Origin: Trypanosoma brucei
Taxonomy: Eukaryota
Direction of reading: 5' to 3'
DNA: 64,000 nt
Assembly (NCBI GenBank): GCA_000002445.1
Contig: CP000069.1
Coordinates: forward strand, 1,120,001 to 1,184,000
The translations under genes were made by a program, and so were the position numbers. Below are positions 1 through 11,401 of this stretch, one piece after another (position 1 is the stretch's first letter; each line of letters begins with the position of its first letter). The notes beneath the pieces were generated by a model. That model ran no database searches and had not been told where the DNA came from. It saw only the letters and a list, made by a program, of their open reading frames with translations.

Positions 1-230
1 CAGTGGGAAGGAATTGAGATAAGCAACAGAACATATCGGTAACGCGCAACCTCCGCAACACTGAGGAAAGAAACGGAAAACGCACTCGCACACACGCACG
101 AACATGATACTCTCACATAGTCCTCATTCGGCTCGGACATTCAACACAACCGCAGGCATACTATTCTTAAGCCAGGAGCCTCTTCACACCACCCCAATGG
201 AGAGTTTCCAGCAACATACTTCGCTACTTA

Positions 231-857
231 TTAACAGTGTTCTTTGTCTAATGGGGCCCTGCCACACGAACGCTTTTTGAAAAACTTGAATGGGTAAAAG
301 ACAATCCCGATAATCGAACCTATTGCAACGGCTGCAGGAAGGTGAATGGGGGAGTAAGCGAGTGCACATTTGGTGTTGAGTCGCACAAACTCGCGGATCC
401 GTTCTCCCCATGTACGCTCGTTGAACAGCGCCCACATGCCTGGATAGAAAAGATGGGAAGCTAAAAGACACGACAACCCCGGGACCTGCGCACTGATAGG
501 TCCGAGCCAAGGCATAAAACCATGCATCGCCTTCTCATTTATTACACCAGGCTCAATAATGTAGTAGTAGGAGAGCCAACTGGCAATAAAGTTTACGTAA
601 AAGAAATCGCTCATCATGCGCGGGATCAGTGTCTTCTTCGTGTCCTGTGTCTGCGACAGCTTCAGCAATGGAGAAGAGGGGGCGGAAACACAAAATGGAA
701 CCGCAAAGACCGTTGCACAAATGGTTGTGCGTATGATGCGTTTAAATGTCAAATAGCCAGCAACCTCCTGGCGTTGTGCCGGCTCATCGTATTTCGTCTC
801 TTTTCCTCTCGGAAGCCTAATGTACGGAATATCGCCTTCAGTCTTAACTATGAGCAT
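231..857 (-). CDS. hypothetical polytopic membrane protein; function not recognised
   Basis: The track ORF 231..917 begins with TTG. The first in-frame ATG is at 855..857. The translation is hydrophobic and helix-rich (FAVPFCVSAP, IASWLSYYYII, AVAIGSIIGIVFYPF). It is co-directional with its neighbours. Confidence 0.4.
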   Translation of the reverse strand: MLIVKTEGDIPYIRLPRGKETKYDEPAQRQEVAGYLTFKRIIRTTICATVFAVPFCVSAPSSPLLKLSQTQDTKKTLIPRMMSDFFYVNFIASWLSYYYIIEPGVINEKAMHGFMPWLGPISAQVPGLSCLLASHLFYPGMWALFNERTWGERIREFVRLNTKCALAYSPIHLPAAVAIGSIIGIVFYPFKFFKKRSCGRAPLDKEHC

Positions 858-1337
858 CGTCACGTTGCGGTTTCGACAGACGGCATTCACCCTTTGATGC
901 CATGGAAAGAAAAGCAAACAAGCAAAAAAAAAGGTGGAATGTACTCAGAGATGGAGAGAAACATGAAGAGGAGCGGAACAGAAATGGGGTCGATAATATC
1001 AAAGAGAGTAAAGGGAAGAAAGAAGAGAGGCAACTGACTAACAGGTGAGAGGAAAATTGTCGCACCGTCTTTTCATTAACAACGGAGACAGCAAACGCAC
1101 AGACAAACCGTCAGCCCTTTCTTTCACACCGACACACACACACAAATATATGTATATATATGTATATATCATTTTCTGCATTTCATCGTACCATAATAAA
1201 GTAGCAAATGTTTACAAAATATAAATTACAGCAATAAATAACTAGCGATTAAAGAACAAATACACCTACTCATGACGACTGCACAGTGACATTCACACGC
1301 GGCTATACAGCAGTAAACCCGAAAACACAAGTTAAGC

Positions 1338-2777
1338 TTAATCCACTTCCTCCATACGCAGCACCTTGCACCAGTGGGTAGCCTGCCCAGCCCGTCGCTG
1401 AATTTTATCAGTGTCAAGAAGTTTGGGGTCTACATCGATTAGCTCACTGGTTTCTTCCGTGCATAACTCAAGTTGACGGACTCTGTAATGGAAAGTTTCA
1501 TCCACAGACTTGGTGAAAAAGAGGGAAACGCACGCGTTCATCAGCACACCTCTACAGTCGCGTAATATCCTCTGCGCCTCCTGAAGAACAGTGAGCGTTC
1601 TGTCAAACGACTCCTTCCGGTCTCGAAGTTGGGCGAGTTCGCGCGCTCGCTCCAAACCTTTTCCCAGTGATTGTTCCTCAAGGACGAGGCTCCTCTTGTG
1701 GTTGGTCCATCTTGTGTAATAACTGAGAAAGATCTTTTCAGCGGTGACTTCTCCCACTGATTCACCCCTCTGACACTGATAATACATGTTGTTATGCTGC
1801 ACCCAGGGACCAAGACAAACCCAACAGTATTCGTGGCGGCACCTTGTGCACGTCATATGATTGCAGCCCTTGTCCTTTTCGATCGGGACATGACAATTTG
1901 GACACTCTTTGGTATTCGACTGAATGTACACTAATGAAGGTTCGTACTCTTTAATCAACTTCCTCCACTTCTCTAGCATCTCACAGGTTGCGGGGGCATG
2001 GGGCTTCCCAGTGCATTTGAAACAGAACTGCAGATCACACCTCGCACAACAAACGTCCGGTCCGGACCGCCGAGGGACAGCGACTCGAACGATTCCTTCA
2101 CACGGCAATTCGTTGGGGCAACAACGCATGCTTGGGTGGTTGCTAAGGTACTCGGTGAGAAACCGTTGCTGGGCACGCTTTAATTCCTGCGGCGGCAGCA
2201 ACAATTCCAAAGCGCTCATTGTTACGAGACTACAGCACCCTTGTTTGGGACACCGTCTCTCCAGTAAGTCCTGAGATTTGTTGACGGCGTACACAAGATT
2301 TCTTCTCAAACATTCCGCGCAGAAAAAGTGATGGCACCTCGCGAGCGCCACTCCGTCACCAACACTAACACTTTCCTCGCATACAGGGCACACAATTGGT
2401 TCAGTATTTTTTACCAATGGCGGACCCTGTCCAACACCATAAGTAATACCTGTGGTTGAGTAGTCTGTTATATTCAGTTGACAGTTGATGCTACTTTGTG
2501 AATTCATGTAGTTCTCAAGCGTGTCGTCATCCAATTTCCAGTTATAGTGTCGAAGAACCAAAAACGCAGCCTCTTCTGGGAGGTCAAGGATTTCACTAGC
2601 CTTCTCCACGTCATCGTGGAGTTCCTTCATAGCATCACGAGCCGAAACCGTAGTAAAGATGGTTAAAATAGTGGACATGCCTTCCGGTTGCCCCGCCATA
2701 CCAAAGTGGGCCACGTCAAACGACTGATCGTCGTGATCACAAACATCATCGATATTGCCACACGAATTAACGTTCAT
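1338..2777 (-). CDS. RBR (RING1-IBR-RING2) E3 ubiquitin ligase, Ariadne-like
   Basis: RING1 is CPVCEESV...CHHFFCAECL. The IBR is a Cys-rich CCPNE...CCARCDLQFCFKC. RING2/Rcat is CPNCHVPIEKDKGCNHMTCTRCRHEYCWVC, with the catalytic Cys in GCNHMTC. The N-terminal region is acidic. The start ATG is at 2775..2777. Confidence 0.8.
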   Translation of the reverse strand: MNVNSCGNIDDVCDHDDQSFDVAHFGMAGQPEGMSTILTIFTTVSARDAMKELHDDVEKASEILDLPEEAAFLVLRHYNWKLDDDTLENYMNSQSSINCQLNITDYSTTGITYGVGQGPPLVKNTEPIVCPVCEESVSVGDGVALARCHHFFCAECLRRNLVYAVNKSQDLLERRCPKQGCCSLVTMSALELLLPPQELKRAQQRFLTEYLSNHPSMRCCPNELPCEGIVRVAVPRRSGPDVCCARCDLQFCFKCTGKPHAPATCEMLEKWRKLIKEYEPSLVYIQSNTKECPNCHVPIEKDKGCNHMTCTRCRHEYCWVCLGPWVQHNNMYYQCQRGESVGEVTAEKIFLSYYTRWTNHKRSLVLEEQSLGKGLERARELAQLRDRKESFDRTLTVLQEAQRILRDCRGVLMNACVSLFFTKSVDETFHYRVRQLELCTEETSELIDVDPKLLDTDKIQRRAGQATHWCKVLRMEEVD

Positions 2778-3076
2778 AAATTTTTTAAAAAATTAAACAC
2801 TGGGTGACCGAGTACTCTTACCCTCCACACACTAATTTTGCTCTTACGAAGTCCTAAGGGGTGTAAAAGAGTTACAAAATGGATTTTCTACATGTTAAAA
2901 CTAAAAGTAGGAACACATAACAACCTCATTAAATGCCCTCATACTGGTAAGCAAGGGTAAATGCAAATAGACCCCAACATGCAGATGAATAATACAAAGA
3001 TAGCGACGCGTTCTCTTAAACGTATTCGTTAAAGAGGTGGTGGAGGGGGCTGTTAATATAAGATAACAAAAACTGC

Positions 3077-5464
3077 TTACTTCATCGACACACTTTGCCC
3101 AAGTGCCCATCGTTTATACCATTCCACGTCCATGGGGCTGACGCGGGGCCTCACCTTCTGCAACGCGGCATCAACGTTTTCGGTAGAAATGTACGGACTC
3201 TTTACCCCAGCCGTCACACACTGAAAGGCTGCTTCCTTGATAACTGCAACAACCTCGGCGCCAGTGTAACCCTCCGTCCGAGCAGCCACATAATCCGCAT
3301 CGAGTTCCGGCGATAAAGGTATATTTCGAAATTGAATGCTGGCAATCATCTTCCGCTCATTGATGTCCGGCAGCCCAACATAAACCTTTCGGTCTATGCG
3401 ACCAGGACGTAGAACCGCCGGGTCTATGTTATCAGGGCGATTTGTGGCGGCGACAAACACCAATGCATCTGTACCCTCGTTGAGAGCAGCAGGAAGACCG
3501 TCTAGTTCGGTTAAAAATTGAGAAATAACACGATCTGCCACACCACCACGACCACGATGTCCGCACATACCATCAAGCTCATCGATGAAGACAACACATG
3601 GTGCGGCGGCACGAGCACGCGCAAAAATGTCACGAACTGCCTTCTCGCTGTCACCGACCCACTTTGAGAATACCTCAGGCCCTTTAACCGAAACGAAATT
3701 CATTTTAGACTCATTGGCGAGCGCCTTCGCCAACATTGTTTTGCTGCACCCCGGGGGACCGTACAAGAGGACTCCTTTCGGTGGTGAAAGATTGAACTTA
3801 CGAAACACCCACTGCTGCTTTCCGAGGCACCATGCCACACAGTCCTGCAGCGTCTTTTTGGCCACTTCGCTACCCCCAATATCACTCCATTTTACGGACG
3901 GAATAGAAACCTGAAACTGTCTAAGAGCAGATGGAGGCACAATCTTTATCGCCTCTGTTATAGAGGAATCGGTTATTTCAGTCTTCCCAGTTTCCTTAAA
4001 TGCTTCAATGGATGCCACGTCAAGTAATCGAACGAGGTCCCGCTGAGTGAAGCCATTCGTCGACTCAGCCGCTAGAGAAACAAAACTTGCCGTAACTTTC
4101 GCTTGCCCCCCAAATGTTTTCAGACGGTTTTGAAGGAACTCGCGACGCTCCTCTGCGGACCCAGGTGCCAGTAATTTTACCTGCTCACCAAAACGGTCGT
4201 ATGTTAGTAGTGACCGTGGTAAAGACTCCACAGAAGCAGCAGAACCCACAACGCGTACATCCAACTGACGAATCCGAATGTCATCTAGTTCACTAGCCAG
4301 AGTGGACGCTAACAGTCCCTTTGCCCACCCAGATTCAACAACTCCATTGTCTCCAGTGGCACAGACAAGATGAAGGTCATCAATGATTACCGTGGACGGG
4401 GCGCCAGCTTTCGCGCGAACAAATACTTCTCGAAGAACGGTCGAAGAGGAGATATCACACATGTTTCCCTGAGACAACACCTCAACACTCACCGTTTCCA
4501 CCTGCCGTGAGTGAAGAGTTGCAGCCTCATGCGCCTCCCTCCTCAAAAAGTAACTCTTACCGGTGCCTGTATCCCCCAACACGAGTAAGTGAGATTGCTT
4601 TTTTTCCACCCCAACCGGCACAGGTTCGCCATCAAACAACTCAGTTTCACAGACTGTACCGCGCCCAATATACCTAATCTTCGACCCATCGATAAGAATC
4701 CCCAAATCGATTTGTCGGACATCCGTATCGCCCTCAACGCATCCCTCAGCTACGGATTTACAACAACATTCCAACACATCAACGTAATATGGAACCGTGC
4801 CAACATGCAAGGCAGCTCGCATCCCGCGGAACACCAGCCGCCGTTGATACCGCCGGCGAAATGCAGAACACACTTGAAGGAATGGAATGTCGGTGGAGCT
4901 TGTCAACCCATCTGCACCAACAGCGATTCGTGCTTCCTTTGTTATTTCCAAAACCAGAGACGAGAGCGGTATTAGAGGACAGATGTCCTTAGCAACAGAT
5001 ACAGTCACCTGTTTCCCACTGAATGCAGCAGCCACTTCATCAGCAAGCATAATGGTCTGTGAAGCACATGAAGAGGAACAAAATGCCTCTACGAATGCCC
5101 GAACAGATCCATCACCTTCCACACACAACACCGCTCCACTAATGATTCCTAACTCCTTTAAAGAGTGAGGCGAAAGCCGTGCCTCATTGGAGGGCAAACA
5201 ACTATCTGAACGGACATTCAGGGAAACTGCCACGAAGCTTTTACTTCCTTCACTGCCACAATTAACGTCGGCAACCTTCGCCCCGGACAACACTGAGGTA
5301 GTGGATTTCATGTCATTGTGTCGCATATGTTCACCGCGTTGATTAGGGATTTTTAAGCGCGCATCTCCACCAGCACCGCCACCGGAACCATCATGATGGT
5401 TATTTTCATTGTTGCTACCACGCCGCCCTTCACGGTGGTTCGGCCGCCTTGCTTTGGCGCCCAT
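3077..5464 (-). CDS. type II AAA+ ATPase with two ATPase domains, D1 degenerate; Cdc48/PEX1/PEX6/NVL-like
   Basis: D1 carries a Walker A-like GDTGTGKS. D2 is canonical: GPPGCSKT, then VFIDELD as Walker B, the FVSVKGPEVFSKWVGDSEKAVR signature, and an SRH ATNRPDNIDPAVLRPGRIDR. The N-terminus is basic. The ATG is at 5462..5464. Confidence 0.8.
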   Translation of the reverse strand: MGAKARRPNHREGRRGSNNENNHHDGSGGGAGGDARLKIPNQRGEHMRHNDMKSTTSVLSGAKVADVNCGSEGSKSFVAVSLNVRSDSCLPSNEARLSPHSLKELGIISGAVLCVEGDGSVRAFVEAFCSSSCASQTIMLADEVAAAFSGKQVTVSVAKDICPLIPLSSLVLEITKEARIAVGADGLTSSTDIPFLQVCSAFRRRYQRRLVFRGMRAALHVGTVPYYVDVLECCCKSVAEGCVEGDTDVRQIDLGILIDGSKIRYIGRGTVCETELFDGEPVPVGVEKKQSHLLVLGDTGTGKSYFLRREAHEAATLHSRQVETVSVEVLSQGNMCDISSSTVLREVFVRAKAGAPSTVIIDDLHLVCATGDNGVVESGWAKGLLASTLASELDDIRIRQLDVRVVGSAASVESLPRSLLTYDRFGEQVKLLAPGSAEERREFLQNRLKTFGGQAKVTASFVSLAAESTNGFTQRDLVRLLDVASIEAFKETGKTEITDSSITEAIKIVPPSALRQFQVSIPSVKWSDIGGSEVAKKTLQDCVAWCLGKQQWVFRKFNLSPPKGVLLYGPPGCSKTMLAKALANESKMNFVSVKGPEVFSKWVGDSEKAVRDIFARARAAAPCVVFIDELDGMCGHRGRGGVADRVISQFLTELDGLPAALNEGTDALVFVAATNRPDNIDPAVLRPGRIDRKVYVGLPDINERKMIASIQFRNIPLSPELDADYVAARTEGYTGAEVVAVIKEAAFQCVTAGVKSPYISTENVDAALQKVRPRVSPMDVEWYKRWALGQSVSMK

Positions 5465-5879
5465 GTCGCTGTTATGCGTGACTTAACCCTTGCACGCAAC
5501 TAATGGTACGTACTGGGTTTAACACGCTCTACACCACAAAGGCGATTACACACAGGCACCAAAAAAAAAGGTACAAACAACGAAAAAAAACATATATGGA
5601 GAAAATTTGAGATGAAAAACACAGAAATATATAACAATACCTGTCTAAAGCAACGCATAAGAACATGGCAAAGGCGAAAGTAAACAACCACATCCCAATT
5701 TATCAAAGAAAAAAAATTATACTTTAGTTCTTTATTTACGACCGGTGGTTTCTCTTCTCTTCAATTTTTATAATGTCAAAAACATGAGTGACAATAATAT
5801 TTAAAATAATGGTAATAATATGAACGACAGTAATAATAGGACGTTGAGAACAATCTCAGCTTCCTTTCCCTCCCTAGAC

Positions 5880-6400
5880 AATCTCACATGCTCACAAAAA
5901 TCATGAACACCAAACAAAATCCAATCACACATTCTGCGTGTCTCTTTTCTATTTTATCGGCTGAAACACCGAACAAAATCAAAAAAATAATAATAATAAT
6001 CAACCTCTTTCCTTCTTTTTAACCGCCACCTCTGGACAAAAAAATTATTATCTCAAAAACTTTCAACAAACATAGCTTTAACACAAAGCTACCAAACATC
6101 ATACCAAACAACAACACAACCACGAATATACTGGGAAAAATTAAACCCTCAACACAGCACATAAAAAAAATTCAAAAACAAAAAACACACCAAATAATAC
6201 CGAACATCGAAAGGAGAAAAAACATTTGTTCTTACCAACAAGAAAAGAATAAAATAAAACACAAAAATCAGCATGTGTTTTTAAAAACAAAAAAATAAAA
6301 ATAAAAAAAGAACAAAATCAAAAGTAAAAAATATATAGAATCCTGCATAAAATAGGCGTAAACATTTTTTTAAAAATGACTCAGTAATGCATCCACCAAC
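5880..6400 (-). promoter_or_regulatory. U-rich (transcript sense) intergenic region: mtHSP70 3' UTR and polypyrimidine tract/trans-splice region for the downstream AAA-ATPase gene
   Basis: The + strand here is strongly A-rich with long A runs and AAT/AAC repeats, i.e. U-rich on the minus-strand transcript. It lies between the mtHSP70 stop at 6408 and the AAA ATG at 5464. Confidence 0.3.
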
Positions 6401-6407
6401 ATTTCAC

Positions 6408-8381
6408 TTACTCCTTCTTTTCACCAGATGCCTGCTGCTGTTGTTGCTCACCCTGACCTTCTGTGCTGCTGCTACCAGAGCTACCGCTGTTCGCTGCTGC
6501 CGCCTGTTGGTACTCCGTGCGACCACATTCCATCACTGCCTTTTGCAGTTTGTCAGTAGAAGCCGACAGTTCATCCTTCGTCACGTTTGGATTCTCCATC
6601 ACCTTGCGAAGTTCAGCCAAAAGGGTACGCACATTCTCCTTCTCAGCGTCCGTCACGTACTTCCATTCCGTCAGTTGTCGCTCAGCAGTGTTAGCCTGAG
6701 TCTCAGCATTGTTACGCACTTCCACAAGCTCCCGCTTCACACGGTCAGCTTCAGCGTGCATCTCAGAGTCGCGGATCATGTTCTCGATCTGCTCCTTCGT
6801 CAACCCACCATGAGCAGTAATGGTGATGTTCTGTGTTTTCCCAGTTGCCTTGTCCTTCGCAGTTACGTGGCAAATACCATTAGCATCAATGTCAAATGTC
6901 ACCTCAATTTGTGGTACACCGCGTGGTGCAGGAGGAATTCCAACGAGGTCAAACTGACCCATCATTTGGTTGTCAGATGCCATTTCTCGTTCCCCTTGGA
7001 ACACTTTGATTCCGACCTGTGTTTGGTTGTCCGCAGCAGTTGAGAAGGTTTGACTCTTCTTCGTCGGGATTGTTGTGTTCTTGGGAATCATACGTGTGAA
7101 GACACCACCAAGTGTTTCGATTCCAAGTGATAGTGGTGTAACGTCAAGCAATACAAGACCCTTCACATCACCACGGAGAACACCACCAAGTGTTGCAGCA
7201 CCCAGTGCAACGGCCTCGTCAGGGTTCACACCACGGAACGGTTCGCGACCGAAGAACTGCTTCACAGCCTCCACAACCTTTGGCATACGCGTCATACCAC
7301 CAACAAGCACAACCTCAGAGATTTCCTTCAGGTCAACAGCAGCGTCCTTGATGCATTGCTTGCACGGTCCAAGTGAACGTTGTACGAGCTTATCAGCAAG
7401 GGACTCAAACTTGCTGCGGCTCACCATCATCTGCACGTGCTGCGCTCCGTCCTGGTTAGCTGTGATAAACGGAAGGTTTACCTCCGTCTCCATCGTCGTC
7501 GAAAGTTCACACTTCGCCTTTTCTGCAGCCTCACGAATACGCTGCAGTGCCATCCGCTCCTTGCTCAAGTCAATTCCAGATGTCTTGCGGAATTCCTCCA
7601 GAATGTGATCAGAGAGGCAGAGATCAAAGTCTTCTCCACCAAGGTGAGTGTCGCCATTCGTTGCCTTTACCTCAAAAACACCTCCGGCAATTTCAAGTAC
7701 GGAGATATCAAATGTTCCACCACCAAGATCATACACGGCAATTAAGCTGTCCTTCGTTTTGTCCAAGCCATATGCCAGTGCAGCAGCAGTCGGTTCATTC
7801 ACAACACGGATCACATTCAGTCCAGCAATCGTACCGGCATCCTTCGTTGCCTGACGTTGCGCGTCATTGAAGTACGCGGGGCACGTCACCACAGCGTTAG
7901 ATACTTTGCGTCCCAGGAAGTTTTCTGCCGTTTCCTTCATCTTCTCAAGTACGAATGCACCAACTTGTGAAGGTGAGTATTGCTTCCCATTCCCATCTTG
8001 CACCCACGCATCACCATTATTGCTCCGAATAATCTTGTAGGGCACATTCTTGATGTCGTGTTGGATGTGCTCATCATCGAAGCGACGACCAATCAGCCGT
8101 TTCACCGCGAAGAATGTCGACTGTGGGTTCGTAATCGCCTGACGTTTCGCTGCAAGGCCAACAAGTTTTTCCTGTCCTTTGAACGCAACCACAGACGGTG
8201 TCGTCCTGAAACCCTCTGTATTCTCAAGTACGCGTGGCCGGTCACCTTCCATTACTGCAACACAACTGTATGTCGTACCCAAATCAATACCAATCACGTC
8301 ACCAGTTACCTTCGATGACTGCCACCGCGCAAACGGGGCAGACGCCAGGCACATGGGTGCGCATACACGACGGGCCAACAT
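6408..8381 (-). CDS. mtHSP70: mitochondrial HSP70 (DnaK/mortalin/Ssc1 orthologue) with N-terminal presequence
   Basis: The protein has full-length HSP70 hallmarks: [32 protein letters not shown] and an EEVD-less Q/E-rich tail. It starts with [20 protein letters not shown], which looks like a mitochondrial targeting peptide. The reverse complement of 8361..8381 reads ATGTTGGCCCGTCGT. Confidence 0.95.
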   Translation of the reverse strand: MLARRVCAPMCLASAPFARWQSSKVTGDVIGIDLGTTYSCVAVMEGDRPRVLENTEGFRTTPSVVAFKGQEKLVGLAAKRQAITNPQSTFFAVKRLIGRRFDDEHIQHDIKNVPYKIIRSNNGDAWVQDGNGKQYSPSQVGAFVLEKMKETAENFLGRKVSNAVVTCPAYFNDAQRQATKDAGTIAGLNVIRVVNEPTAAALAYGLDKTKDSLIAVYDLGGGTFDISVLEIAGGVFEVKATNGDTHLGGEDFDLCLSDHILEEFRKTSGIDLSKERMALQRIREAAEKAKCELSTTMETEVNLPFITANQDGAQHVQMMVSRSKFESLADKLVQRSLGPCKQCIKDAAVDLKEISEVVLVGGMTRMPKVVEAVKQFFGREPFRGVNPDEAVALGAATLGGVLRGDVKGLVLLDVTPLSLGIETLGGVFTRMIPKNTTIPTKKSQTFSTAADNQTQVGIKVFQGEREMASDNQMMGQFDLVGIPPAPRGVPQIEVTFDIDANGICHVTAKDKATGKTQNITITAHGGLTKEQIENMIRDSEMHAEADRVKRELVEVRNNAETQANTAERQLTEWKYVTDAEKENVRTLLAELRKVMENPNVTKDELSASTDKLQKAVMECGRTEYQQAAAANSGSSGSSSTEGQGEQQQQQASGEKKE

Positions 8382-8439
8382 TTTATTACTTCACAAACTA
8401 CTTCTTACCTTAGAAATACTTTACCACTTACCAACTTAT

Positions 8440-8478
8440 CTATTAAACCGATAAGAAGAAGCATTGAGTGGGAGAATG
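8440..8478 (-). promoter_or_regulatory. candidate polypyrimidine tract (8450..8478) and SL trans-splice acceptor AG (8440..8441) for mtHSP70
   Basis: The + strand gataagaagaagcattgagtgggagaatg reverse-complements to cattctcccactcaatgcttcttcttatc on the transcript. The first downstream AG (aatAG) lies about 58 nt before the ATG. Confidence 0.35.
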
Positions 8479-8948
8479 TTTTTTTTTTTAAACAGCTTTA
8501 GAACTTTGTTCAATAGTTGTTGATATATGTTATTGCTTTCTGTTGTTTTTTTTTAATTTAGTTGTGTAGATAAAAAAATTGTGACACATACTTGGAAAAT
8601 AGTATCTTATTTGTTTTCCTTGGCAGTCACTAGTGTAACGTTGTTTTTCTTGTTAAGCTTAACAGGTTTTAACGTTATACTGTGTTACTGCACGAACAAG
8701 CATTGAAAGAATAATTCTTTTTTTTCTAAGTGACTGAATTTTTTCTTTTTCCAACTGCCTTACCATTCATAAAGAGGTTGTGGAAACTTTTTGTTCGTCT
8801 CTTTGTGGCGGTGTGTTTCGGTACAAAATTGTTTCAAGCACCCCACTTCTGACCTGTGAGCAACTGTTGTATTAAACGCTCCTTTACTTGTAATTGTTTC
8901 ACCTGTTTTGGTGACATCACTTGCTCTTCAAACTCTTTGTTGTTATTT

Positions 8949-10484
8949 TCACAACGCTCGAATAAGGAAGATTTTCTTCTCGTTTACCACTTCAAAATAT
9001 GGGGAAATTCCTTCATGGTAGAGCTGCAGCACGCGGCTCCAATACGACTCACCTCCTATGATAGTTGAGAGAACAGACTGTGCACGTAGCTGCCTTTCTT
9101 CCACCTGCGCAAATTGAGAGATCGCCGTATAGCAGTAATTAAAAACAGCCTGCAAGTGGGCCGCCTTTTCCAACCGATAAGTGAGATTATGTCCCTCGTT
9201 ACTGGGATCCAAGACGCTTATTTGCGCATTGGGGTGCACCTTACTCGTTGGTTCTCTCAAGCCACGTGCTGTTACAGAGTGAGAAAACATGTCAAAATTT
9301 GCACAGAACCCATACGTGAGGAAAAAATCCATCAGCAACCTGCCAGTGTCAGGTGTGTCGTTGGCATCGTATGAATTAAAAATAGCTACAAGCATTGTGG
9401 CAACTGCTTCGCTATTCAGTGCTTCCGGATTCGTGCCTGTGTCATCGAGGATTTTGTTTTGTCTAAGTAAAGCGTCGAGGAGGAGAAACGTCTGCCGACA
9501 TGCCTCGTTCGACGCGACAGCGGAGGCGAAAAGCCTTGATGCCACTTCCACCCTGCATGCCTCAGCTCCATATCGTACGTTCATTCGCAGACCGGACCGA
9601 CTGTCAGTAAGTAGTAGACACATCACATTCCGATAGTCATAGCAAAATTCCAACTGGAACCCTGCGTTATTGGTGATACTCTGCAGGTGCATCTGCGTGT
9701 ACTGTTTTGCATCGGGTGTCACAACCGTGTTTTTGGCATAAAAATGAAGTGTCATGTCCTTCAGCGGGGGTAACCCAGCAGCCGTTGTTGACATCGGATG
9801 CAGCTCCGCGGTCGGCCATAGCTCCCGCAACATAGCCGTGACTGAGGTGACGACAGCCTCGTAACAGTAGAGTTCCAATGCTGTTGGACGTAAGAATGAT
9901 GAAAATAGCCTCACTTCCTCAGTTACTGTATCTGGCACACTCATGCCGATACACCATGGGGGATGCGGCCGGCAGGTGCGGGCCAGTGTCTTTAATAATG
10001 GTCTGGTCGCAACCAGCACCACATTTGTTGTGTCTATGGCCTGCTCATGAGACACTGTACAGGCTGGGGTGGAACGCAAGGTGGAGCGGCGCGAGCTCGT
10101 TGAGCTGGAGGGGCGGCGCATTTTGCGGAACATATTCGGCGTTCCAAGACTTCCAATATTAGCCTGAGACCCGCCAAACGACACCGGAGTAAACTGTTCC
10201 CTACGGTCACTTGGTTGAGCATAACCTGAAGGTACTGGTGACGATATTGAAGCCTGCCTCCCGTGTTGCTGGGAGCCGCTGTTGGCAACTCTCTCAGCAT
10301 CGTCTACAGGACCAAACATCCGCACAAGTGCAACTCCGGGTGCTTCCAGTATCCGATGTATATTTCCAAACAGCGCGAGAGAAATGCAGATATAGAAAGC
10401 GGAGAAGAAAAGGCAAGCATTCAGACAGATCACCAATTGTACGTGTTTATGTTGCGAAAAAGAAAAGAAGACGGAATTAACCAT
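8949..10484 (-). CDS. Cid1/TUTase-family nucleotidyltransferase-fold protein with PAP-associated domain; catalytic motif degenerate (likely pseudo-enzyme)
   Basis: The NTase core reads LWPTAELHPMSTTAAGLPPLKDMTLHF. In the Cid1 consensus the glycine-serine is replaced by ST here. The expected SD.D reads KDMT here. The PAP-associated domain reads GRLLMDFFLTYGFCANFDMFSHSVTARGL. There is an ATG at 10482..10484. An alternative in-frame ATG at 10317..10319 (MFGPVDD...) is preceded by an AG-rich stretch on the + strand and may be the real start. Confidence 0.55.
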   Translation of the reverse strand: MVNSVFFSFSQHKHVQLVICLNACLFFSAFYICISLALFGNIHRILEAPGVALVRMFGPVDDAERVANSGSQQHGRQASISSPVPSGYAQPSDRREQFTPVSFGGSQANIGSLGTPNMFRKMRRPSSSTSSRRSTLRSTPACTVSHEQAIDTTNVVLVATRPLLKTLARTCRPHPPWCIGMSVPDTVTEEVRLFSSFLRPTALELYCYEAVVTSVTAMLRELWPTAELHPMSTTAAGLPPLKDMTLHFYAKNTVVTPDAKQYTQMHLQSITNNAGFQLEFCYDYRNVMCLLLTDSRSGLRMNVRYGAEACRVEVASRLFASAVASNEACRQTFLLLDALLRQNKILDDTGTNPEALNSEAVATMLVAIFNSYDANDTPDTGRLLMDFFLTYGFCANFDMFSHSVTARGLREPTSKVHPNAQISVLDPSNEGHNLTYRLEKAAHLQAVFNYCYTAISQFAQVEERQLRAQSVLSTIIGGESYWSRVLQLYHEGISPYFEVVNEKKIFLIRAL

Positions 10485-11401
10485 TGTGATGTTAAACAGA
10501 GGAAGTGAACAAATTTATTATCTGCTGTTGCTTAATATTGATATTTGCAATCATAATAAAAGGGGTTTCCACTTCATTAGAGTATCGCATCACGATGTGC
10601 TTCACCTACTTCGCGTCCCCTTCATTTTGTGTACTCCCAACGTGCGCCAACCATCACCAAACCCCTTCATGAGGAAACTGCAGTGGAGGCTCACTAATGT
10701 CCAAAGTGTATCCTACAATAAACGAAACAAACAAACAAACATAATAGTAGGAGTAAACGCCTCTTCAGTATTTAGTTTGTACACCAACATAATGAGACAA
10801 GGAATTGCGTGCCGGATACCTCCTCCCACAACCATTCCATTCACTCAATCACACATAAATGAACACAAATACTTTTGCATCCGATTAATACTCTACTCTA
10901 CTACAACTCTTTATTGCCTCACCAACTGTGATGTTGAATCGATGGCGACGAAAGTTGATGACGGCTAAACCGTGTTAACGACAAAATCATCAGCTTCATT
11001 GAAATAACCTTCAGTGAAATGAGAGATGAATGGTGAAGAAAAGAAGCACATATACATTTTCTGTAGCGGCACGCAAATATGTTAACCGGAAGGACGCTCA
11101 TCTCTGCAAGACAACGAAAAAAGAAATGAAAAGTAACATACAAAAATAGACAGCACATTAACTCGCTTCTTCCTTCATTGTCCCAATAACTAATTGACAG
11201 AAAGCAACCTGTTAATGCAAACACCAAGGGTATGGAAAAAAAAAATTGTATAAATCATACATGTACATAACCAACAAGACGAACTGCTGCACGAAAACTC
11301 CGAAGAGAAAATACAGGGGAGACAACAACGCAAGGACTTCATTTTTACTCTCTCTTTTTTTTGTCTAACTAAAAAAATAAAACATAAAACATCTGCTATC
11401 A

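Noticed and set aside
6387-7043. A 218-aa + strand ORF, with similar ones at 12248..12916, 24963..25607 and 49889..50380
   Set aside because: These are mirror ORFs lying entirely inside well-supported minus-strand genes (mtHSP70, coiled-coil protein, PABP2, acidic protein). Their translations are low-complexity. No + strand gene is supported anywhere in the window.
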